DNA of 64,000 nucleotides. Origin: Octopus vulgaris (lineage: Eukaryota). The position numbers and the translations under genes are program-made. Within the stretch, counting starts at the first letter, position 1. Every line of letters begins with the position of its first letter. The DNA lies in assembly GCA_951406725.2 (NCBI GenBank), contig OX597823.1, positions 23,994,001 to 24,058,000 on the forward strand, read 5' to 3'. The notes beneath the pieces were generated by a model. That model ran no database searches and was not told the origin of the DNA. It saw only the letters and a program-made list of their open reading frames with translations. This document shows positions 1 through 64,000 of this stretch, in pieces.

Positions 1-147
1 GAAATTGCTGGCTTTGAGCCTAAATTTGAAACCAATATATGCTAGAAGATATGTATGGTGTTTATTTGTATGTTTATGGTGTATGCATGTGCTCAGGTGT
101 GTGTATGACTTAACAATGCATTTCTAATTTTCTTTTGCTTTTTTCAG

Positions 148-54117
<53,970 letters not shown>

Positions 54118-54538
54118 GTCAGTAGAGTATTTCCATTTTATTTATTGCATGCATGTCTGTTGCATTTTCACATATGTATGTGTATCACTTGACTGTATTG
54201 GCCACCAAAGCCATCAATGGACCTGAGAGTAATATATGTATGTATGTGTGTAAGATATGAAAATGATAAACACACATATCACACATATATATATACTCCA
54301 GTTTGGCCCTCTCCAAACAACATTTTTAAATCAATCAATAATAGAACAAATGTACGTTTTCATTAGGCTTTGGACTCTTTCAATTTATTTCATACTTTAT
54401 AATTATGACTGTACTCACTTAAGAATCACTTTTGTCAATCCTCAAAATATAATGTGTATATTCACAAACATGTTAGCATGTATCCTTCTTCTTTCTCTTC
54501 TTCTAAACAAACAGAACAGCACATACACACATACATAT

Positions 54539-54577
<39 letters not shown>

Positions 54578-55379
54578 ATTTTTTAATCTTAGTATATATA
54601 TTAACAAGCATGTTGATATGTATATAATGAGAGAAAGGTAGGGAAAAAGAAAGAGATGCTTTGAAAAGCAATGACTAAATCAAGAATGACATCATGAATT
54701 GTGATTAAATTTCAATGGCTTGGCCACATATATTTCACTTTTCCAATCCTAATAAAGGAAAAGCAGTGAGAAGAGATGCTTTCAAAATCAGTGACTAAAT
54801 CAAGAGTAACATCTTGAATTGTAATTAAATTTCAATGGGTTGACCTCATCAATACAATATAATTGAAAAGAAACTTCTCTCTCTCCCCCTCAAATTTGCT
54901 TTCCTTTCTCATTCTTTCTTATCCTGCTCACTATCTTTCTCTCTTTCTTCCTTTCTCAAAAAAAAAAACTTCTCTTTGATTCATATAAAAGAGGAAGACA
55001 CTTTCTGTTTTATTATCTTGGTTTTATCTTAGAGAGTTTAGTTAAATGAATGAAAGCCCTAATAAAGAGTTATCCAAAATTCTGACTAGTACCGCTGCCT
55101 AGCTTGCCAGCTCTGGTCAAAGTATCCAACCCATGCCAGTGTGGACAGGGGATGTTAAATGATGATGATATATATGTGTGTATATATATATAAATATATT
55201 TGTGTGTGGGTGGGTGTGCATATGTATATATGTGTCTGTATGTGTGTATATCTTATATATATACACACACACACATATACACACATACACATGCACACAC
55301 TCATACACACCCCACACCCACAACCTCTCACACACATATATATAATGTACTGATCCGTGACAGAAAATTTAGATGTTTC

Positions 55380-56340
55380 CCTAGATTTAAACTCCTCCTT
55401 ATATTAACCTTTTCATAAGCCTAGTGAGAAACTCACATATATACATAAACAGTCTTGTCACCCTCCTGTAGTATTTAAAAATCTGATAACTAATATTACT
55501 AACAGAGTGTCCAACATCTTTTCTTCCAAATAAATTTTCTACAAAGCAGCCCCCTATAATAACAGGGCCATAGACAATAGTGGCTTCAAAGATAAATTAA
55601 TATATAATCCCTCTATTAATCAAAATATTAATAATAGATCTAGTAGCATCAAAAGTAAAGTAGTACCTAACATCTCTAGTATTAATCAAGATAATAAGAA
55701 ACCAAAAGATAGGCCAGAGAAAATTATTTGATTTGCCTCTCCTTTTCTCTTAATATAAAAACTAATATTGGTAAAAGATTCCTAGACTAACACTTTCCAG
55801 CTCCTCACAGATACTGGATTATATTCAATAGGCATTCTGTGAAATTATCATATAGCTGCTGCCCAAATATGAAGAATATCATTAGATATAATCAACACCA
55901 AGAACCAATATCTAGCTGCAACTGTCACAATCCAGGATCCTGTCCACTTGACAAAGAGTGTAAGATTAACTCTATCATATATGAGGCAGAAGTTACTGGA
56001 ACCCTAAATAATAATACAACTGATAAGAAGACCTATACTGGAGAATTTTAAAATTTCTATGCCAGTCACATAGCCTCCTTCCAACATAGGGAGAAAAGTA
56101 AAGCTGCTAAATTGGCTAGCTACATATGGACTTTGAAAGATAATGAAACACTGCATGTAATTAAATGGAAAGTAATTGAGAAATCCTTGCCTTATGTTAA
56201 CAGATTGAATAAATGTAGACTTTGTTTGGTTGAAAGACTGCAGATCTTGTTCAGATCTAAGATCCCTAGCTCTCTATTGAACTCCTGGTCAGAAATTTCA
56301 GTGGTTGCATGCATATGTATAAGTATATTCTAATGAATTG
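55380..56340 (+). mobile_element. Penelope-like GIY-YIG 3' fragment
   Basis: SCNCHNPGSCPLDKECKINSIIYEAEV..KTYTG; ASYIWTLKD..IKWKVIEKS.PY..KCRLCL.E. Confidence 0.75.
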
Positions 56341-56612
56341 GAAAATTCTGTCTATTCCTGACTGACTTGTTTAAAGCCTAAGGAGGATAGCACTCTTTAG
56401 CTTTTGACACTTGAGTTTTGTTTTCTGTTTACTGTCTGTATTTCTATATGCTGCCTTCTCAGCTTCATTGTGTTTCTTCTATTTATTCAATTTTTTTAGT
56501 GTTATGATATGTGGTTTGCACCTGAAAATATGTTTGAGTTTTTTCAATATATGAAACTATTAGTAGCGCTTTAATACATGTATTTTGACCTTTAAATAAT
56601 AATGATAATAAT

Positions 56613-56673
<61 letters not shown>

Positions 56674-56714
56674 AGATAGATAGATAGTTAGATATAGATA
56701 TACAATCATATATA

Positions 56715-57948
56715 TTGGGTTGTCCGGAATGTTTGTGCCGATTTTTAAAGGAAAGAAAAAGGCCAATAAATACTTGCCATTACATTTTTAATCAACCAAA
56801 TATGAACCATTTTGTTGCACAATGCATCTACATCTTTCCTTTAACTTGAAAATTACCCTCTTCCCAGAATTGAGGTTGTTCCATGGCAAAGAATTCATCA
56901 AAGTATATTTTTACGTCATCCAAGGAATTGAAATTTTTACTATTAAGACTATTCTGCAGAGACCTGAATAAGTGGAAATCTGAAGGAGCAATATCTGGGG
57001 AATATGGAGGGTGGGGTAAAACATCCCAGCCGAGCTGTAGCAATTTTTGTCTAGTTCCCAAAGAAATGTGCTGTCTTGCATTATCATGTTGGAAAACAAC
57101 ACCCTTCCTGTTGGCCAATTCTGGATGTTACTCTTGAATTGCTGCTTTTAACTCATCCAGTTGTGTACAGAATTCCTTTCCAATCCCACCAGACACAAAG
57201 CAAGACTTTTTTAGGGTGAAGACCGCTTTTGGGGTGGCTAAGGGTGGCTCACGTCGCTTACTCCAGGATCGCCTTTTCTGAACATTTTGGTAGAAAATCC
57301 ATTTCTCATTACCTGTCACAATTTGCTTTAAAAAAGGTGCATTTTCATTCTGTTAATAAAGTGAATCACAGATGGAAATGCAATCCAAAAGGTTCTTCTC
57401 ACTCAACTCATGTGGTACCCAAACATCATAGCAATTTGTGTACCCAAGCTTTACCAGGTGTTCATGAATGATGGATTTTGATAGGTTGAGGCTTTCTGCC
57501 AATTCTCGGGTTGTGCAATGTGGGTTATTCTTAATTAATGACTTCATTTGGTCATCATCTGTAGTGGATGGTCTGCCTGATCGCTCTTTATCAATAAGGC
57601 TACAATCTCCAGCTTGGAACCTTGCAAACCACTTCCATACAGTTCTTTCGAATAAAGAAGCATCACTGTAAACTGTGCATATTTCTTTGGTTGCTTGTTA
57701 GGCATTTTTCCCTTTACGGAAAAAGAAAAGCATCAAGTGCCGAAAATGAACTTTCTTATCTTCCATTTTAAAGGATTACAGAATTAACACAGGTTATAGG
57801 AACATAAACCTTCTTCCACGAAAAGATAGCTTAAACTGTGCTCTAAATTGAATTGTAGTCAAATCCTATTTTATGGATTCAACCATGTTCTAAAATAAGT
57901 CGAAAGATAAGCTACTATAAATCAGCATGAACTTTCCGGACAACCCAA
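56715..57948 (-). mobile_element. Full-length mariner with both TIRs, inactivated
   Basis: TIRs ttgggttgtccggaatgtttgtgccgattt / aaatcagcatgaactttccggacaacccaa; TA at left end; WVPHEL, TGNEKW, QHDNARQH and HPPYSPDIAPSD in shifted frames. Confidence 0.93.
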
Positions 57949-57969
57949 TTTATATATATATAAATATAT

Positions 57970-60540
57970 ATCACCATCATTTAATGCCTGTTGTCCACAA
58001 TAGCATGAGTTGGATGCTTTCCCTAGAGCTAGCAAGGTAAGGAGCTGTGCCAAACTCTATTCTAATATGGCACGGATTCTACTACTGGATACTCTTCCTA
58101 ACACCAACCATTTTACAGAGAGTGTTGGGTGCTTTTACATTGCATTACATGGCACTGCACAGATGCTTTTATATGGCACCATACAGACGCTTTTATGTCA
58201 CATGGCCATGAGTGCTTTACACCACCAGAGAGATTAGTCTTAACACTTCTGCTGCAGAGTATGAGTCATCTTGAGTTCAGCAAGATGCCAGACACCTCAG
58301 TCTTTTGTCACCTTGCCTGACAGGTTCAGCGTCCTGAGGTCGTTCTTCAGTACTTCATCATATATCTTCCTGTGTCTCCCTCTTCTATGTATTCCAACTA
58401 CTTTGAGAGATTGGAATTTCTATTTGGAGTTGTCTGCATCCTTCCACATCACATGACCAAACCAGCACAATATTTTCTTTTGCACACAGTAACTAATTCC
58501 ACTTATGCCTAATTTTTCTCTCAAAACACTAGCACTCTGTTGAACATGTACACTTACATTATATATATCCAGCAGAGCCTGATAGCCTCATTCCTTTCCA
58601 ACCTTTGAAGTCCTCTGCATTCTACCATGTAGAACTGCTGTCCATATACATGCATCATAAATTCTTCCTTTCACTCAGAGAGAGAATCCTTTCATGGCCA
58701 ATAGAGGTAACCTCTCTCAGAATTACTTCTATCCTATCCTTATTCTAACTATCACAGTCTCTGTGCATCTTCCCCAACTACTAATTTGGTCTCCTAGGTA
58801 GCAGAAGTCATTTACTACATCTAATGAGCCACCAGGGTATTTGAAAGAATCAATTTCCCAAGTCACAATAGTTTTTTTTGATCCTGTGCATCTTACACAT
58901 ATGAAAACTGTCTTCACTTGATAACATTCCTATTAATCCAGTGCATTCCTATTAATAACATTCCTATTAATATTGTGTGATCATAGTGTGCACTGGGTTC
59001 CTGCCTACACCTTTCCTACAAATTGAACAAGGCTACCTACCTGAAGTGGGTAGGGGCCTGTCAGTTTTCTTGCTTACTTAGACCTTAGTCTTTGCTAAGT
59101 TAACCTTAAGGCTCTTAGATTCCAGGTTTTGCTTCTACACCTTGAATTTCTCATCTAGCTTGGATGTGGAATCTGTTATGAGGACAGAATCACTAGCTTG
59201 TAGTAGTTCCCAAGAGCTGCCAGTTTTGAATTTCTGTGTTATGATCTGAAGAAAAATGATGAAAAGGAGGAGACTAAGAGCTGAGCTTTGATGAACCCTG
59301 TATACCAAATTCTTCACTGTACTTGAGATTAACTCTCATCTACTGACAGCATCTTTGTACATGGTTTATACATCTTTTACCAGCCACTCATCTATTCCTA
59401 GCCTCCCCAGAGCCCACCATATCATATAGCGAGGTATTCTTTCAAAGGCTCACTCTAGATCAATGAATACCAAGTATAATGTTTTATTCTTAGCTAAGTA
59501 GTTCACGTGCAGTTGCCTGACTATGAAAATAGTATCAGTAGTGCTTCTTCCTCAGACAAATTCAAACTGCATTTTGTCTAGCCTAATTCTGCTCCTAATT
59601 AATTCGGTTATAACTCTCTCCATAATTTTCATCACCTGGTCCAGGAGTTTGATGCTTCTATAATTGTTTTTATCTAAAGCATCACCCTTGCCCTTGTAGC
59701 AGTTAACAATTATACTGCTATGCCAGTCATATTACACACCTTCCTAAATGACCTGATTAACTATACGGATGACTAGTCTGTATCCTGCCTTACTAGATAT
59801 TTTGAGCATCCCAGTGGTGATTCTGGATTGACCAGGGGTTTTTGTGTTTTTAATTGCCTTATCTACCGTACTTCTGTCCACTAGGGTAGTAGGTCCCTCT
59901 GTTTGATTCACATGAGGGAGACTTCTTGTATTCCAGTCATTCTCTATGTTCAACAGTCTTCTATAGTAACTTTTCCATGTCTCTTTCTTGTCTATATCAC
60001 TAAGTGCAAGTGCACCATTATCCATCCACACACTCCTCTCTCCTACAATATCTTGATTCTCACTGACATATGGTCTAGCAATCCGGAACACTTCAAGTCT
60101 CTGATCTTCATGCTATAGGACATGGGGTACCTCCTCTTTTCTGCTTCTACCCTAGCTAGATAGACCTGACATCTAGCCTCCCTTTTAGTCTTCTGATATT
60201 ATTCTTTTCCTACCACCCCCACTTTACCATTCTTTCCAGACTTGTCTTTTCTCTTTCATGGCCCTGTCAATGTCACTGTTTCCCCATCACATTATCTTTG
60301 GTCTGGCAAGGACTTTGCTCCAATCACAAATTTGGTCTGTTGCCCTCAGTAGATTGTCCCATAGGAACTTCCAGTTGTCCTCTACATCATATGTCTCTAT
60401 CTCTCCTTCCTTCACGTCATAGGCCTCGATGCCTCAATGAGGATATCTCTACATCTCTGCTCATTTGAGGGAACCTTGAGCTTCCACAGCCTTTTTTACC
60501 ATATTGTCTTGCACATCTGGATCTTTCTCACCCTAAGTGT
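57970..60540 (-). mobile_element. Degenerate RTE-clade LINE
   Basis: DFCYLGDQIS, FKTGSSWELL, FRIARPYVSENQDIVGE; colinear with the 42.4-47 kb element. Confidence 0.85.
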
Positions 60541-60964
60541 GAAGTCACTAATACACATACATATATCCAAACATACACACACACACTCATATAAGACAAT
60601 TGTTTCATCTTGTCAGATGATACTTGCCTCACATTCATTAATTGTTTTTATTTTCTTTCATCCCTGCATAAGCATGGAAATAACTTTTGAAGCTAGTGTT
60701 GTGCATTCATCACCTATGATTTAATGAAATGTAATATATATCAACAAATAAAATGACAATGAGACATCTGTATATCACTGAATATAAATAACAAAACCTT
60801 ATTCAACACATAGTAGGTTACCGTGACAAGCATTGCAAGATGACTTGTACTATTTTAACTACAGCTTTTATTTCAGAGTATCTTTCTCCAAGAAGAGTTA
60901 CCTTACCCACAGAGTCATGAAAAATAATGGGTGAGCTTCTTCTATCTCTGGAAAATCGATTTAA

Positions 60965-61880
60965 CCCAAAGGATGTTGGGCCTCATGGAGGAAATGACAA
61001 TTGACTGAGATGTCTGGTGATATGAAGTTCTTGAGAAGATCCACACACATCAGTTAAACTGAGTTCTTGAAGCTTAAGAAAATTTCTCAAACACTCCACC
61101 ATAACAGACCAAACTACATCTCTATATCTCTTCTCTTCTTCACATTTCTACTTCATGCACTAGGCTTACCTCCCACTCCTCAATCCTGTCCTCTTGCTCC
61201 TGTGCCACTGTATCATTGCTATCAACTAGCTTCCAACTTGTGTATTTCACTCACGCCCTGCCTCACTGTATCATTGCTTATGCCCGGCACTTTGCCACCA
61301 TCTCTATCCTGCTGTCTCCCCCACTCTCTTTCTCCTTCTGCTCTTCCTTCATGTTGAGTAACCTTGTATTTCCTTTGTAGCAGTGCCTGTTTCTGTCTTC
61401 ATTCCTGATCTCTCTCTTTGGCTAGATAACCTTGTACCTCTTCTACAGTAAGACATCTGTTTCTGTCTCTCTGCCTTACTATAACCTTTCATCATGCAAT
61501 GTAAGATCACCTTCTCCAATGCTCCCTCCCCTCTCAAAAGAGCTTTCTTTTCTTTTTTTTTTTTCTTTTTTTGTCTTGCAAGTACTTGGTGAACCTGTCA
61601 GTGCAGGTGCCACTTAAAAGCCTCCAGTCCACACTGTAAAGTAGTTGGCATTTGGAATGATATCCAGCTGTAAAGACCTTGCCGAAAATGACCTTACCTT
61701 TACTTGTGCCACATGAAAAGCACTAAGTCCACTCTGCTGAGTGATTAGTGTTAGGAAGGGCATCCAGCTGTAAAAATCCTGCCAAAACAGTTACAGAAGT
61801 TTGGTGTAGGTTTCTGTCTGGCCAGCTCTTGTCAAACCATCCCACTCATGCCAGCATGGAAGGCAGACATTAAACAATTA
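60965..61880 (+). mobile_element. RTE 3' end / UTR-derived repeat
   Basis: RMLGLMEEMT..DVW.YEVLEK C-terminal remnant; UTR motif ttaggaagggcatccagctgtaaaa...ccatcccactcatgccagcatggaa. Confidence 0.6.
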
Positions 61881-62390
61881 TTGTTATTGTTATTATTATT
61901 TAGTTTGACTCAGGTTTGGTTTTATTTCCAGTAAACTTTATGTGGATAGCAGGTTACTACCTGTAACTTCAAGTATCCAGAAGTTTTCAGCAGTCTTTCA
62001 AGTACTTAGAACCCTCCTAATAATCTTCACTGTCCCTAAGAGACAAACTGTTTGCAGGAGTTCTGCAGGGTATTCTATTTCAATTTCCTTCAGCCATTTG
62101 TCTATATCTTTGTTTACAGTTCCCAATGCATCAGTTATAGGTACAGCCTTGACAGGTCTTATACCCCTAATTCTTCTTATTACAAATTTTAAAGGATAGT
62201 ATTTATTTTGTTTTTCCTCCTCTTTCTTTTCCATCCTGGAATCAAATTGGCATGATAGGTCGATTAGTAAGCAACTTCACTTTTCCTTACCAATAATTGT
62301 TATGTTCAGTCTATTGTCTTCTAACTTTTAAATAGGAAAGTCCCTCAAAATCTTACATTTTTCTGATTTTCTGGGACATTCCTATTCAAA
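61880..62390 (-). mobile_element. R4/Dong-like (restriction-like endonuclease) non-LTR element 3' end
   Basis: KAVPITDALGTVNK...LLQTVCLLGTVKIIRRVL; 3' end abuts a (TAA)-like repeat. Confidence 0.7.
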
Positions 62391-62409
62391 CAGACAAGAA
62401 GTTATTATT

Positions 62410-62845
62410 ATGAGCTGGCAGAATTGTTAGCATACCAGCCAAAATGCTTAATAATATTTCATCTACCACTACATTCTAATTTTGCCAAGGTTGACTTTGC
62501 CTTTCATCCTTTTGGGGTCAGTGATATAAGTACCAGTTGAGCACTGGGGTCAATGTAATCGACTGTTCCCTTCCCCACAAATTTCAGGCCTGATACCTAT
62601 AACAGAAAGGGTCATCATCATCATCATCATCATCATCATCAAGGCAGAAAGCTGGCAGAGTCGTTGCCACACCAGGCAAAATGTTTAGCAGTATTTCATC
62701 CTTACATTCTGAGTTCAAATTCCACTGAAGTTGACTTTCATCTTTTGGGGATCAATAGAATAAGTACCAGTTGAGCACTAGTGTTGATGTAATTGACTAG
62801 CTCCTTCCCCCAACATTTCAGGCCTGTGCCTATAATAGAAAGGAT
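62410..62845 (+). mobile_element. Two head-to-tail SINE copies separated by (ATC)n
   Basis: gagctggcagaat..ttagca...gttgactttgcctttcatccttttggggtc...taagtaccagttgagcact...aatttcaggcct occurs twice. Confidence 0.8.
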
Positions 62846-62989
62846 TATCCTTATGATTATTATTTATTATTTCTTTTCGTTATAATTTTATTTCAGCTGC
62901 CTTAGTACCAGGCATCCTCTGGAAGTTAAGAGTAGCAAGGACACTTTTGTTTTGCTATGGATGCTAAAATTATCACCACATTTATTCCA

Positions 62990-64000
62990 TGTTAGATGGA
63001 GAGTGCTTTCTGTATTATATAGGCTGTATCCATCAAAGTTATCTTTTGTAGTTCACAGAGATTGGAGTTATCAGGGAGTTGCTTAAGATACTTCTCAGCT
63101 CCCTTCTTTATTATTCCCAATGCACTAATTACCACTGGTATTATTGAAATACTAAACTGCTACATTTTTGTGATTTAATTTGCAGATCTTTAAAGTGAGA
63201 AAGCTTTTCGTATTCCTTTCTTGAGGCATTTTGATCATGTGGGACTGACATATCTATTGACAAGTTCCTCCATTGTAGTCCTTGATCACAATGTCTGGTT
63301 GATTGGAGTCAGTTTTTCTCTCTGTTTGTATTGGGAAGTTCCAAAGGATGATGATGCCCTCACCATTTACTACATCTTCTGGATGGTGCCTGTACCACTT
63401 ATCATGGGATTTAATTTTGTAGTATTTACAAGCATTCCTGTGGATGTACTGCTCTAGTCTGTCATGTTTTACAAGGTACTCCTTTTCAGCAGGGACTTGG
63501 TAACCAGAAACAACATGATCAATTGTCTCTGAATTTTCTGCAAATTCCATCTTTAAGGACATTTGCATGGTAGTTTCTCGTAGGTAAGCTCTGACCTTGC
63601 ACTGCAGTAACAAACCATCTGTTTCCCCTTTCAGACTTCGATATTATTCATGCAAGCTTTCTTTGCTTTTCATTTGATGTTTTTTGCATCAATGATAGGT
63701 TTGTCACTATTTGGATCTCTTTGGTCTCTGATTGTTCATTTCTAAATAAGGAGAAGCAATGGTAGGTCTGTTAGTATTTGGGTGTCTTTGATCATTCTTA
63801 TTGTTAACTTGTAGGCCAAAAGACTTTTTAAATTTTTGACTAAGCTTCATGACTGACACTTGCTTGGAATCTTCATGTTTCAGTGCAGCTCATAAGAGCA
63901 CATCACTTGTCATATTAAGGTTTTCAAGGCCTATTATTGCTGATTTGAAGGATTATTCAAACTGTGTCAGGTCCCACCTATTTTTCTTGGGAGATAAGTC
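62990..64000 (-). mobile_element. Second R4/Dong-like non-LTR relic
   Basis: ETIDHVVSG..EKEYLVKHDRL..ILWNFPIQTERKTDSNQPDIVI (zinc-knuckle remnant and PD-type RLE motif). Confidence 0.75.

Overview
AT-rich, repeat-dense animal genomic DNA. The SINE, RTE and (TA)n content resembles an octopod cephalopod; this is an inference. The window lies inside one large + strand gene that the ORF track only fragments. Eleven short exons (148-381, 7921-8091, 11310-11549, 12815-13048, 17597-17767, 19331-19570, 27632-27865, 30834-31004, 37584-37754, 39827-40063, 53887-54117) are all bounded by AG/GT and all phase 1-1. They splice into an uninterrupted 2334-nt (778-codon) frame with one domain per exon: two PAN/Apple types (A, B) and a short Sushi/CCP domain (C), in the order B-C-A-B-C-A-B-C-C-A-B. 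The array grew by internal tandem duplication that also copied the introns. Between paralogous units the intron flanks are more similar than the exons (hand count about 88% vs about 66% nt for one pair), and synonymous sites are nearly unchanged. This suggests strong diversifying selection on an extracellular recognition or effector protein. The start and end of the gene are not securely in the window. Introns are packed with RTE, Tx1/L1-like, R4/Dong-like and Penelope-like retroelements (some with hammerhead-ribozyme motifs), Tc1/mariner, piggyBac and Helitron-like relics, SINEs, hairpins and microsatellites.
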